Of a stretch of 64,000 bases of DNA, positions 7,769 through 18,500 are shown piece after piece. Numbering within the stretch: position 1 is the stretch's first letter; every line of letters starts with the position of its first letter. The notes under the pieces are model-generated. The model saw nothing but the letters and a program-made list of their open reading frames with translations. It ran no database searches and was not told the DNA's origin. Position numbers and translations under genes: made by a program. The DNA is from Patescibacteria group bacterium (lineage in GTDB: Bacteria; Patescibacteriota; Patescibacteriia; SG8-24), in assembly GCA_028714475.1 (NCBI GenBank), contig JAQTNC010000003.1, forward strand, positions 15,596 through 79,595. Direction: 5' to 3'.

Positions 7769-8982
7769 TAGTGGCCAGACAACAAATTTTCATAAACCTT
7801 CTTGCAGCGGGCGCCGGCTTCGGCCCAACTGCGGCGGGCCACCTCGCGGGGCGCCTCGACGGCCAAGGTCTCGCGCAAGGCCGGATAACGCAGGATGGCG
7901 ATGATCTTCGCGGCCATGTCATCAACATCCCAGAAGTCGGTTTTCAGGCAATGCCGTGCCACCTCGCTCACGCCGGACTGCCGGGAAATCACCGACGGCA
8001 AGCCATATGACTGTGCTTCGAGACAGGTCAGCCCGAACGGCTCGGACACGGACGGCATCACGAAAACGTCGGCGTTCGCGTACGCCGCGGTCAATTCCGC
8101 GCCGCGCAGGAAACCGAGGAAATAAAAACGGTCGGCCACGCCCATCTCTTGGGTCAGTGCTTTCAGCTCGCCTTCCATCTCTCCGGAACCGGAGATGACG
8201 AACGCGGCTTCGGGAATGGCTTCGCTCACGCGGCGGGCGGCCCGCACGAGATAATCCACGCCTTTCTGGATGGTCAACCGACCGACGAAGAGCACGATTT
8301 TTCGACCCTGCCGCTTCAGTTCTGCGATGGCGGCCGGCGGCACGCCGGGCTCGCCAAGCGAATCGCTGGCGTTATGAACGACGGCGATCTTGTCCTCCGG
8401 CACGCCGTAACGCTCGACGAGAATGCGTTTCGTAAAGCCGCTGATGGCAACGACGGCGTCAGCCGCCTCGAAACCGAGCCGTTCGATGTCGTAAACGTCT
8501 TGGTTGGGCAAACCGCCGCCGGTACGGTCGAACTCGGTGGCATGGACATGCACGACGAGCGGCTTGCCGCTCACGCGCTTGGCCTCAAGGCCGGCCAGGT
8601 ACGTCAACCAGTCATGGGCGTGAATGACGTCGTGCGGCTCCTCGGCGGCGATGCGTCCGGCCTGCCGCGCGTACCAGAGAACCTTTTCATATAGGCTGCC
8701 GCCGCCGAATCCGCTGCGACCGACAAAACGCAAACGCCCGCGGAAACGCGCCGCGGGTCCGTATGGGTTGTACAATTCCTCGAATGGACGGCCGTTGGGT
8801 CGTCCGGTCGGGTCAGCAAAGCGAATGCGCGCCGTCGCGCCTTCGGTGTCCATCTTTTCGGGTAACACGAAAGTCACGTCCACACCGACCTCGTGCAAGC
8901 CGCGCACAAGACCCTTGCAGGCGATGCCCAAACCGCCAGCATAATGAGGCGGGAATTCCCACCCAAACATCAGGACGCGCAT
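7768..8982 (-). CDS. Glycosyltransferase family 4 (group-1 GT; putative alpha-glucan / glycogen synthase-like)
   Basis: 404 aa. N-terminal GT-B donor fold (MRVLMFGWEFPPHYAGGLG) and C-terminal EPFGLT..E..G.P GT4 motifs. Confidence 0.85.
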   Translation of the reverse strand: MRVLMFGWEFPPHYAGGLGIACKGLVRGLHEVGVDVTFVLPEKMDTEGATARIRFADPTGRPNGRPFEELYNPYGPAARFRGRLRFVGRSGFGGGSLYEKVLWYARQAGRIAAEEPHDVIHAHDWLTYLAGLEAKRVSGKPLVVHVHATEFDRTGGGLPNQDVYDIERLGFEAADAVVAISGFTKRILVERYGVPEDKIAVVHNASDSLGEPGVPPAAIAELKRQGRKIVLFVGRLTIQKGVDYLVRAARRVSEAIPEAAFVISGSGEMEGELKALTQEMGVADRFYFLGFLRGAELTAAYANADVFVMPSVSEPFGLTCLEAQSYGLPSVISRQSGVSEVARHCLKTDFWDVDDMAAKIIAILRYPALRETLAVEAPREVARRSWAEAGARCKKVYENLLSGH

Positions 8983-9108
8983 ATCTCTTTTCTTCCGCCT
9001 TACCCTGTGGATAAGTACGGTTTATTCCTGCCGCAATTATAGCAGAAATACGCCAAAAATACTCAACTTATTTCAATATTGGGCTAAAAGGCCGTTTGGT
9101 TCAGGTTT

Positions 9109-10146
9109 CTATATTATAAGCATCCCGTCACCGAAGGAAAACAAGCGGTAGCCTAGGCGGACAGCGTGGCGGTAGAGCCGCCTGACCGGTTCCCGTCCGG
9201 CAAAGGCGGCGACCAGCATGAGCAGGCTGGATTTGGGCACATGGAAATTGGTGATAAGGCCGTTCACGAAGGCGAAGCGGTAGCCTTCGCGGATAAAGAG
9301 GTCGGTTTCGCCCGTGAGCCGCGTGAGCCGAGCCTGGCCGGCGGCGGCTGATTCGAGCGTGCGCATCACGGTCGTGCCGACGGCGATGATGGGGCGGCCC
9401 GCCTGCTTGGCGGCGTTCAGCCGGGCGGCCGTCTTCTGGTCGATCCCGTAGCGCTCGACGTGCAACCGGCCGGTTCGCAGTTGCTCCTCGGAGAGCGGCG
9501 CGAAAGTGCCGAGGTTGACATGCAGCGTCACGAAAGCCGTCTCGAAACCTCGCCGCCGCAACTTCGCGAGCAACCGCTTGGTGAAATGCAGCGACGCCGT
9601 GGGCGCGGCCACGGAACCGGGCTCACGGGCAAAGACGGCCTGGTACTCCCGCTTGAGTTCGCTCGGCGTGAGCGGCGAGTGCTTGATGTATGGCGGCAGG
9701 GGCGCTCGCCCACGTTTCTCGAGCAAAGCGATGAACCTCTTCGCGGAAAACTGCGGCCGCAAGAACCAGAAGCGGCCGTCGTGCTTCTCGACCGCCAGCT
9801 TCTCTCCCCCATCAGCCGCGAGTATCGCTCCGAGTTCCAGCTTGCGATCAGCCATGACTTGAATCAATCCTTTGGCTTCTCCTATATATAGAACGTTCAC
9901 CCGTCCGCCGGTCGGCTTACGCAATTCCAGACGAGCCGGCAAGACTTTCGTTTCGTTGAACACCAGCAAGGTACCGGGCGGCAGAAAATCCGGCAAATCA
10001 GCGAACGTCCCTTCAGCGGTTTTTCCGGTTTTTCTGTCGAACGCCAAAAGCCGCGCCGCGTCGCGCGGTTTCGCCGGCCGCTGAGCGATGAGGCTCGGCG
10101 GAAAAGCGTAATCGTAGGGGGCGAGGGTTTGGTCGAAGGTGGGCAT
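9109..10146 (-). CDS. queA: S-adenosylmethionine:tRNA ribosyltransferase-isomerase
   Basis: ORF 9109..10191 trimmed to the ATG at 10146 (MPTFDQTLAPYDYAFPPSLIAQRP...). Full-length QueA signature, and it is adjacent to tgt. Confidence 0.9.
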   Translation of the reverse strand: MPTFDQTLAPYDYAFPPSLIAQRPAKPRDAARLLAFDRKTGKTAEGTFADLPDFLPPGTLLVFNETKVLPARLELRKPTGGRVNVLYIGEAKGLIQVMADRKLELGAILAADGGEKLAVEKHDGRFWFLRPQFSAKRFIALLEKRGRAPLPPYIKHSPLTPSELKREYQAVFAREPGSVAAPTASLHFTKRLLAKLRRRGFETAFVTLHVNLGTFAPLSEEQLRTGRLHVERYGIDQKTAARLNAAKQAGRPIIAVGTTVMRTLESAAAGQARLTRLTGETDLFIREGYRFAFVNGLITNFHVPKSSLLMLVAAFAGREPVRRLYRHAVRLGYRLFSFGDGMLII

Positions 10147-10225
10147 GGTGGTGGTTGGAGAAATAGAGAAACAGAGAGACAGAGTTAGCAAGAAAAATAT
10201 CTTACTCTGTCACTATGTCTCTTTT
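10147..10225. repeat. GAGACAGAG / CTATGTCTC repeat block directly 5' of queA
   Basis: gagaaacagagagacagag...ctctgtcactatgtctc. Related blocks lie at 11363..11410 and 24323..24433. Confidence 0.5.
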
Positions 10226-11362
10226 CTATAACTCTCCCCTTTTAATCTTCCCCCTCATCTCCGCCACGAGCGCGTTGAACCAATACAGGTTGTGGAACGT
10301 GAGCAGGGCGAGGCCGGTGATTTCCTTGGCGCGGACGAGGTGAGACAAGTAAGCGCGGCTGTGTTCCTGACAGACGAAACACGAGCAACGGGCGTCGAGG
10401 GGCTTTCGGTCAGTCAGGAAAACGCTCTTGGTCAGGTCAAGCCGACCGCGCGAGGTGAAGGCAACGCCATGACGAGCGTACTGCGTCGGCACAGTGCAAT
10501 CGAAAGTGTCAACGCCCTCGCGGATGATGTGCCTGATGTCCTCGGGGTGTCCGATGCCCAGCAAGTGTCGCGGCTTGTCGTCAGGCAATTCCTTGACGAC
10601 CCAGCTGATCATCCGGCTCATGAGCGACTTGTCATCACCGAACTCGCCGCCGATGCCGAAACCCTCGAAGTCCATGGAGGCCAAGGTGCGCGCGCTGGCG
10701 CGGCGAAGGACGGAAAATCGGCCGCCCTGCACGACGCCGTACATAGCCTGGTCGCCGCGCGTCCTCGCCTTGAGGCAACGCTCGGCCCAACGGTGCGTGC
10801 GCTCCATGGACAGCCGCGTATATTTCGCGTCGGCCACCGGGGACGTGCACTCGTCGAACGCCACGACGATGTCGGCGCCCAGCGCCTCCTGGATGCGAAT
10901 CGAGTCTTCGGGCGACATGAACAAGCGTCGGCCATCAACGTATGACGTGAAGTGCACGCCCTCTTCGGTAATCTTGAGCCAGGAGGGCTGCTCGCCGCTC
11001 TTCACCCGCGCCTTGGTCTTGCTCTTGAGCACCTTGCCGATGCCGTGATCACGCCCGAAACCCAACGAAAAAACCTGGTAACCGCCGGAGTCGGTCATGA
11101 GCGGCCCATCCCAACCCATGAAACGATGAAGGCCACCGGCTTTCCTGATGACCTGCTCCCCCGGACGAAGATGAAGGTGCAGGGTGTTGTTGATGAGCAG
11201 CCGCGAACCGGCCGCCCGCGCCTGTTCGTTCGTGAGCGTCTTGACCGAGGCTTGTGTTGCCACCGTCACCAAGGCAGGCGTCTCCACCTCACCGTGAGGC
11301 GTGACGATCCGGCCGAGTCGGGCACGACTGCGCTTTGATTTTTTCAGAATCTTGAATTCCAT
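10226..11362 (-). CDS. tgt: Queuine tRNA-ribosyltransferase (tRNA-guanine transglycosylase)
   Basis: 378 aa with the Tgt TIM-barrel and zinc-binding C-terminus (CxCxxC...H). It is in an operon with queA. Confidence 0.9.
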   Translation of the reverse strand: MEFKILKKSKRSRARLGRIVTPHGEVETPALVTVATQASVKTLTNEQARAAGSRLLINNTLHLHLRPGEQVIRKAGGLHRFMGWDGPLMTDSGGYQVFSLGFGRDHGIGKVLKSKTKARVKSGEQPSWLKITEEGVHFTSYVDGRRLFMSPEDSIRIQEALGADIVVAFDECTSPVADAKYTRLSMERTHRWAERCLKARTRGDQAMYGVVQGGRFSVLRRASARTLASMDFEGFGIGGEFGDDKSLMSRMISWVVKELPDDKPRHLLGIGHPEDIRHIIREGVDTFDCTVPTQYARHGVAFTSRGRLDLTKSVFLTDRKPLDARCSCFVCQEHSRAYLSHLVRAKEITGLALLTFHNLYWFNALVAEMRGKIKRGEL

Positions 11363-11423
11363 AGGGGCAGAGACCGAGTATTACGCCAAATCTCTATGTC
11401 TCTTCCAAGGACTCTACCTTAAA

Positions 11424-11448
11424 CGCCGGGCCGTTTCAATGGCCCGGG
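11424..11448 (-). terminator. Rho-independent terminator after histidine kinase 1
   Basis: On the minus strand, cccgggccattgaaacggcccggc is followed by gttt. Confidence 0.45.
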
Positions 11449-11460
11449 TTCAATGAATGA

Positions 11461-14400
11461 TTAGCCTTTCAACGGCAAATCAAACCAGAAGACGCTGCCT
11501 TTCCCCTCCTCGCTCGTGAAGCCGATGCGCCCGCCGTGCTGTTCGATATAATGCTTGGCGATGGACAAGCCAAGTCCTGAAGCGTCTGGCCTCGCGAGCA
11601 GGGCGTTGGTGGCGCGATAGAAACGGCCGAAGACGCGCGGCTGTTCGACGGCCGGGATGCCGATGCCGGTGTCCGCCGCCTCAAACCGAACCCGATCACC
11701 CACGATTCCCAACTTGGCCTTGACCGTGCCGCCGGCCGGCGTGTACGTGATGGCGTTATCAAGAATGACCCGCAGCGCTTCGCGGATCTTTTCCGCGTCA
11801 ATCAGCAATGACGGCATCTCGACGGTCGGCGGCTGGTACTCGACATGCACGTTCTTGGCTTGGCCGGCCCGCACCACCTCCGACATGACGGAAGTGCAGA
11901 GGTCGCCCAGGCCGGTTTCCTCCTTGTTGAGATTAAAGCGGCCCTCCTCGATATCCAAGGCCGCCACCATTTCGCGGATGCGGGCGATGATGGCCGTGTC
12001 CGCGTCCAAGACGACCTGGACGAAATTCTTCTGTTCGGGCTTGAGCTCACCAACCTCGCCTGACAGAAGCGATTCCAGACTCCAACGCATGGAGGTGAGC
12101 GGCATGCGCAGCTGATGTGATACGACCTGGATGAACTTGTGCCGCAGCCGATCGGTCTCGCGCAGGTGCTCCTCAACCTGATGTTTTTCGGTGATGTCCT
12201 CGATCAGGCCGTCCACGACTGCCTCGCCGCTTTCGCTGGTTTTCCCGAACAGCGTCAGCTTGGCCCAAAGCTCCTTGCCCCGACTGGTCCGCATTCTTGT
12301 CTCCGCGTTGCGCAGTTCCCCGGCCTGCTTGACGTCGCCGAGCAGCCGCCGGTATTCCGCGCCGTCGACGAAATACGACTCGACCGATGTCGGCGACAGC
12401 TGTTCAAACGAAGGGACGTCCAAAATGCGGTAAAGCGCCGCGTTGGCAAGCGTGAACCGGTTCGGCGCCGCAACGGTCACGCGGAAAACGCCGGCATTGA
12501 GGTTGTCGAGCAGATACTCGTAGCGACGCCGGGCTTCGGACAGGCGCGCTTCCGCCAGCCGACGCTCGGTGATGTCCTCAATGATACCGTCGTAAAAAAC
12601 CTGGCCGTCCTTTTTCAGGCGGACGGAACTCACGCTGACCCAGATTTCTCGCCCCTTGAGCGTCTTGAGCGGCATCTCGAAATTGCGGATCAAGCCCTTT
12701 TCGGCCATTACCTTCTCAAAGCGCTCGTTGTCCGCGGCATCGCGATAGATGGCGGCGGCCGGCAAGCCTTCGGCCTGCCGGCGGTCGGTGCCGTCAAAAA
12801 TCCGCACGAAAGCGTCGTTACATTCGACCAGCTTGCCGTCGAGACCGGGTGTGCGACGATAAATGCCGACCGTCAGGCTGTCCACGAGCGAGACGTAACG
12901 GGACTGCGATTCGGCCAAGGCGGTTTGGGTCTGCTTGAGGTCCGTGACGTCCACGTCCAAACACACGGCTTGTTGCTGCCCCCCTTCGCCGACGCTGAAG
13001 ACGGTGGACAAGACGTTTCTCATGGCGCCGTTACGGGTTCGCAACTCGCGCTCCGTCGGCCCGGCCGTCTGGCCGGTTTTCATGACGCCCAACAAGGTTC
13101 GGCTGAAAACGGACGCCGTCTTCGCTTCGAAACCCAACTGTTCCACGGTCTTGCCAGCGACTTCCCCGGTCGCGTAACCGTAAAGGCTTTCCGCCGCCCG
13201 ATTCCAGAAAACCAGCCGTCCCTGCCGGTCAAACAGGCTGATGGCTATTTGCGGCGTATTGCTGATGATGTTGCGGAACCCTGCCTCGCTCTGCCGCAAG
13301 CCTTCTTCCGTGCGCACGCGATCGGAGATGTCGCGCAGAACGCTGATGATGCCAGTGGTCTGTCCGCTCTCGTCGCGCTGCACGCGACTCGAAGCCTCGA
13401 CCCACAACACTTCGCCGCGGTCGTTGATGATGCGGAAGCGCGACGGCGTTTCATCGCCCTCCATGACGGAGCGGAAGTGTCCGGTCTCAATTCGCTGGCG
13501 ATCGTCGGGATGAACGTAGTTGAAGATCGATTGGTTCGTCATCGCCGAATCGATGCCGAAATTCCTCTGGAGGGCCGGGCTGAAATAAGTCACCGTGCCT
13601 TTCGGATCAATCTCCAGAATCGCGTCGCGCGACGTCTCGATGATTGATCGGTAGCGCTTTTCGCCGGCCGCCAGCTTTTCCCGGATTCCCCGCCAGTCAG
13701 TGACGTCGTGAGCCACGCCTTGCCCGCCCGTCATGACGCCATCCTGGCCACGGAAAGGGCTGGTCACGAATTCCAGCCAAACGTCACGCCCAGCCCGATC
13801 GCGAAAGCTGAACTCGGCCTTGCCCTCCCGGCCAGTTTTCATGATCTCGTCGAGGTAAGCCACGGCCTGCTCCTGATCGTCAGGCCGAAAGAGTTCCTTG
13901 ACCGGGCGACCGACCAGGCGCTGGGCATCCAGGCCGTAACGGGCCGCACCGGGACCGATAAAGGTCAGGTTCTTTTCCTGATCGAACGAATAAACCAATT
14001 CCGTGGCATTCTCGATGATCTGGCGGTAACGGCGTTCGCTCTCCGAGGCCGCCAAGACCGCCCGCTTGCGGTCCGTGACGTCCCGGATGGTCCAAAGAAC
14101 GATGTTCTGGCCGCCCAACTGCAAGGGAACGGTGATTATTTCCGCCGGTACGGTGGATCCGTCCTGCTTAGTCAGCATGAGATCGAAAGGCCCGGCGGCC
14201 TGACCCACGACGGACTTGGTCAGGATTTGCGTCGTCACGGCCGTCCCCAGCTTTTCCAAGACGCGTATCTTGAAGATGCTGACGCCAACCGTCTCGCCGT
14301 GGGTGTAGCCGGTCAGGAGCTCCGCCAAACGATTGGTGTCCTGGATGAAACCGTGCGCATCCGTCAGCACCAGCCCTTCCGGGGAAACCTCGAAAAAGGC

Positions 14401-15537
14401 CTTGAAGCGCTCTTCGGAAAGCTGCAGTTCCTCGGCCGCCTTTTTCCGATCGCTGATGTCATGGGCGATGCCGGCCAAACCGCGTACCGTGCCGTCGGCA
14501 TCATGAATCGCCGAGACGACTACCTCGAACCACTTGTCCGAATCGGCAGCCGACCATTGGACTTCCAGTTCGGCACTGGGACGAACGCCGGAGAGCACCT
14601 CGTCAACCGCCTTGGTCAGCGCCTGGCGATCCGCCTCGGCCACGACGGCCGCCATCGGCTGACCTATCATCGCCGAGGCGTCCAGACCGTGCCGCCCCGC
14701 TTGCGGACTCACGTAATCGAAACGTCCGTCCTTACCCAAGGAAAAGATTATGTCCCGCTGGTTCTCAACGTAGGCGCGGTAACGGCGTTCGCTGGCCGCC
14801 AGGTCAGCGGCCTTCTTTTCCACCTCGCGCTCCAAGTGATCGTGAACCGCCGCCAGGCGTTCAGCCATGTCATTGAAGGATTCGGACAAGGTGCCGATCT
14901 CGTCGCTGCCCGGCACCGAAACGCGCGTCGAGAAATCTCCGCCGCCGAACCGTCGCACGCCGGAGGTCAAAGCCACGATCGGCGCGGTCAACTGCCGCAG
15001 AATCAGGAATAACAGCAAGGCCAAGGCGCCGAGTACCGACAGCAGGACGATGACATCAGCGGCCATGATGGTGTATCGGAAGCCCTGCAATTCCTTAAGG
15101 CTAAAACCCATCACGACCTGCCAGGTCTCGGCGCCCACGGTCACCGGCGCGACATACAGGCCGAAGGCCTGGCCCGTTTCCAGCCGAATCTGTTCCCCGG
15201 CGGGTGCAACATCCAAGCCCGGAAAATAATCGACCGCCCGCGTGCCCATGAAATCCGTCCGGTCAGCCAAGCTGATGGTGCCGCTGTCGTTAATAAGCCA
15301 CCAGAACAGCAGATCCTCCCGTTCCTTTAGCCGCTCCAGGCTCTCGAACGGCCACTGGCCGCTTCTTGCGCCAGCCGTCAATTCGCTGGTCAGAAAATCC
15401 CCGGCCAAGCGCACCTCGCGCAAATAGTAGGTTTCCGCCTGATTGGCTTGCCAAGAATAAACCGCCGCCATGACGATAACCGTGACCGCCATGACCGTTA
15501 CGAGAACGGCAAAAAAGATTTTTGTGAGGAGTTTCAC
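11461..15537 (-). CDS. Membrane-anchored multi-PAS sensor histidine kinase (2 TM helices, extracytoplasmic domain, HAMP, about 7 PAS/PAC, HisKA, HATPase_c)
   Basis: 1358 aa. N-terminal TM (MKLLTKIFFAVLVTVMAVTVIV) and a second TM. Repeated PAS signatures, an H-box (...FIQVVSHQLRMPLTSM...) and G1/G2 ATPase boxes at the C-terminus. Confidence 0.9.
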   Translation of the reverse strand: MKLLTKIFFAVLVTVMAVTVIVMAAVYSWQANQAETYYLREVRLAGDFLTSELTAGARSGQWPFESLERLKEREDLLFWWLINDSGTISLADRTDFMGTRAVDYFPGLDVAPAGEQIRLETGQAFGLYVAPVTVGAETWQVVMGFSLKELQGFRYTIMAADVIVLLSVLGALALLLFLILRQLTAPIVALTSGVRRFGGGDFSTRVSVPGSDEIGTLSESFNDMAERLAAVHDHLEREVEKKAADLAASERRYRAYVENQRDIIFSLGKDGRFDYVSPQAGRHGLDASAMIGQPMAAVVAEADRQALTKAVDEVLSGVRPSAELEVQWSAADSDKWFEVVVSAIHDADGTVRGLAGIAHDISDRKKAAEELQLSEERFKAFFEVSPEGLVLTDAHGFIQDTNRLAELLTGYTHGETVGVSIFKIRVLEKLGTAVTTQILTKSVVGQAAGPFDLMLTKQDGSTVPAEIITVPLQLGGQNIVLWTIRDVTDRKRAVLAASESERRYRQIIENATELVYSFDQEKNLTFIGPGAARYGLDAQRLVGRPVKELFRPDDQEQAVAYLDEIMKTGREGKAEFSFRDRAGRDVWLEFVTSPFRGQDGVMTGGQGVAHDVTDWRGIREKLAAGEKRYRSIIETSRDAILEIDPKGTVTYFSPALQRNFGIDSAMTNQSIFNYVHPDDRQRIETGHFRSVMEGDETPSRFRIINDRGEVLWVEASSRVQRDESGQTTGIISVLRDISDRVRTEEGLRQSEAGFRNIISNTPQIAISLFDRQGRLVFWNRAAESLYGYATGEVAGKTVEQLGFEAKTASVFSRTLLGVMKTGQTAGPTERELRTRNGAMRNVLSTVFSVGEGGQQQAVCLDVDVTDLKQTQTALAESQSRYVSLVDSLTVGIYRRTPGLDGKLVECNDAFVRIFDGTDRRQAEGLPAAAIYRDAADNERFEKVMAEKGLIRNFEMPLKTLKGREIWVSVSSVRLKKDGQVFYDGIIEDITERRLAEARLSEARRRYEYLLDNLNAGVFRVTVAAPNRFTLANAALYRILDVPSFEQLSPTSVESYFVDGAEYRRLLGDVKQAGELRNAETRMRTSRGKELWAKLTLFGKTSESGEAVVDGLIEDITEKHQVEEHLRETDRLRHKFIQVVSHQLRMPLTSMRWSLESLLSGEVGELKPEQKNFVQVVLDADTAIIARIREMVAALDIEEGRFNLNKEETGLGDLCTSVMSEVVRAGQAKNVHVEYQPPTVEMPSLLIDAEKIREALRVILDNAITYTPAGGTVKAKLGIVGDRVRFEAADTGIGIPAVEQPRVFGRFYRATNALLARPDASGLGLSIAKHYIEQHGGRIGFTSEEGKGSVFWFDLPLKG

Positions 15538-15547
15538 GGAAGTGCTG

Positions 15548-18500
15548 TCAGTGGTTTTGGGGTTGCATGACGACGTCAGTCAAGGGCCGGTGTTGGGCCG
15601 AATCAACCGGCAACTCGAACCAGAAAGTGCTGCCTTCGCCTTCAGTGCTTTCGAAACCAAGTCGGCCCCCATGGCGTTCAGCGAAATAACGGGCGACGTA
15701 CAGCCCGAGTCCCGATGAATCCGGTTTCATGAGCGGCGCGTTGGTGGCGCGATAGAACCTTTCGCCGATGCGGTGCTGTTCGGCCCGCGGGATGCCAATG
15801 CCTCGGTCGGCCACCTCAAAACGGATGGCTTGAGGCGAAAACGACAGCTTGACGGTGATGTGACCGTTTGACGGCGAATAATCGACGGCGTTTTCGAACA
15901 GGGCGGTCATGGCCAGCCGCACCTTGTCCGGATCGGCGTAAACGACGGGCAACGGCCCGGTCGGTTTCACCAAATCCACCGTCAGGATCTTGGCCGCACA
16001 TCGGCTAGCCAGGGAACGGTGAACCGCTTCCCACAGGCTGTCCGCCGAAAACTCCTCTCGATTCAGGACGGTGCGCCCTTCCTGGATGTCCACCGCCGTC
16101 AGCATTTCGCCGATATTCCTGATGACGTCATTGGTCTCGTCACGAACCACCCGCAGGAATTCCTTCTGCGCCGACGGCAGTTCGCCTATTTGACCCTCAA
16201 GCATGGCCTGGATATTCCAGTTCACTGACGCGAGCGGCATCCGCAACTGTTGGGAAACGAACTGATTAAGCTTGTTCTGCAGCCGCTCGGCGTCGCGCAG
16301 CCGCCCTTCAGCCTGCCGGCTGGCGGTGATGTCCTGAACCAAACCATCCAGATAGGCGTGGCCAGCCGCGTCGGTCTGCCGACTGACCGATAACCTTACC
16401 CAGATCTTCCGCCCCTTGAAGGTCTTCACCATGATTTCCTCGTTCTTGAGTTGGCCTATATCGTTCAGCCTGGCTAGCATCTGGCCCCAAGCGGACTCGT
16501 CGACCCTCAAGTCGTTAAGCGGCAAGGTCAACAGATGTTCCAGCGAATCGACCTCGAGCAGGCTGACGGCCGCCGGATTGGCGTATAGGAACTTCCCCTC
16601 TGGGTCGGCCAAACACCGGAAAACGCCGACCGGCAAGCCGGACAACAACGTCTGACTGCGCTCGCGCTCCTCGGCCAATTGCGTTTCCGTCTGCCGCCGC
16701 TCGGTGATATCCTCGACGATGCAGTCGAAATAACCGCCGCTCGGCCCGCGCCGATACACGGCCGTAACCTCGCACAAAATTGGGCGACCCTTCAGTGTCC
16801 TTAGCTGCAAAGGGTAGTCGCGCAATGTCCCCTTTTCCTGCAAATCCTTCTCAAAAGCCTCACGGTCACGGTCGTTGACATACAGGTCGGCAATGGGATG
16901 ACTGTTCAACTCATCCCGCGAGGCCGCCTCGAACATGACGGCGGCGGCGTCATTCAGATCGACGAACCGGCCTTGCGGCCCGGGCGTCCGGCGATAGACG
17001 GCGACCGCGAGGTTGTCGAGCAGGGAGGCATACCTCTGTTGCGATTCCGCGAGTGCCTCCTCGGCGACACGCCTTTCGGTGACGTCACGCAAGGCCCCGA
17101 TGACCCCGTGCGGCTGGCCGTGCTCGTCCAAACGCTGTCGGACGACGGCCTCAAGCCAAACCGCCCGCTCACCGTCGCGCTTCAGGCGCACGATGACGGG
17201 CTGGCCGGACGGATGGCCGCCGTGAGCCATCTCGTCCCGCATCTGCTTTTCCACCCTTGGCCGGTCCTCGTCGGCGACGAAATCCATCAGGGGACGACCG
17301 ACGGCCTTTTCCGGCATCAAGCCCAAGCGGCTGGCCTGGGGACTGACGTAATCCAGGATGCCTTTCGGGTCAACACTGAAAACCACGTCATAAACGTTCT
17401 CGGCCAACAGGCGATAGCGCCGTTCGCTCTCCGCGAGTGCCTTCTCCGCCTCGTGTCGTTCGGTGATGTCGCGCACGAGCGAGATGACGCCGACCGGACG
17501 ACCCTGCTCGTCGCGCTGGACGCGCCCAATCTCCTCGACCCAGAAAATCTTTCCTTGAGGGCTGACGATGCGCATCTGCATCGGGTGCTGTTCGCCGGTG
17601 GTCAGCGTCATCTGGAGTTCCGCCGCGACCCGCTCCCGATCATCCGGATGGATGACTTCCAGGATGTTCCTCCCGATGTCGCCCGGCCCGTAACCGAACC
17701 GGCTGGCTTGCGGACTCAAGAAGGTGATGCGGCCGGTGCCGTCCACCACGTTCACCACGTCACTGGAGCCTTCGACGATGGCGCGATAACGCGCCTCGCT
17801 TTCCATGAGCGCCCCCTCCGCCAGCTTGCGTTCGGTGATGTCGTGAAGAACGCCGGTCAAGCCGATGATTTTCCCTGCCGGGTCGCGCTGGACGTGGTCC
17901 GACTCTTCCATCCAATGAACGTTGCCGGACCGGTCACGCACGCGGAACTCAATACGCACCTCCTCGCCGGTCTCCATCTCTCTCGTGAACATCGCCGCGA
18001 CATTTTCTGCGTCCTCCGCGACAATCAAGCCAATCTCCATGAACGACCGGCCCACGATCTCCTCCGGCGCCCGGCCTAACCGTCGGCATTGGGGGCTGAC
18101 GTAGGTGACCTTGCCGTCGCGATCAAGCGTAAAGATGATGTCCGGGCTGTTCTCGGCAAAGGCGCGGTAGCGAGCCTCGTTTTCGGCAAGTGCCTTCCCG
18201 GCCTTGACGCGGTCGGTGATGTCGCGGGCTATGCCCAACATCATCCGCCGACCCTGCGCCTCAACGGGATAAGCCGTGATCTCGATGCTGATGATGTCGG
18301 CGTGATTCGGCACCTTCGCGCTGAAAACCGTCGGCGGAACCGGCTGGCCGGACGCAACCATTTGGTTGATGCCTTGCAGGATTTTTTCGTCCTCGGGCGT
18401 AGCCGGATCGGTCTTGGCTGCCACCTGGCCGATCAAATCCTCACGGCTCACGCCGTTCAGGGCCGCCATCTGATAATTAACGTCCACGAAGGCGCCTGTT

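Noticed and set aside
12139-13647. 502-aa plus-strand ORF, together with similar long plus-strand ORFs at 13708..15012, 16898..18079, 18089..19219, 19271..20581 and 20693..21772
   Set aside because: All lie entirely inside the two giant minus-strand histidine-kinase genes, whose PAS/HisKA/HATPase signatures are unambiguous. Their composition is low-complexity and Arg/Ala/Gly-rich, as expected for GC-rich antisense frames.
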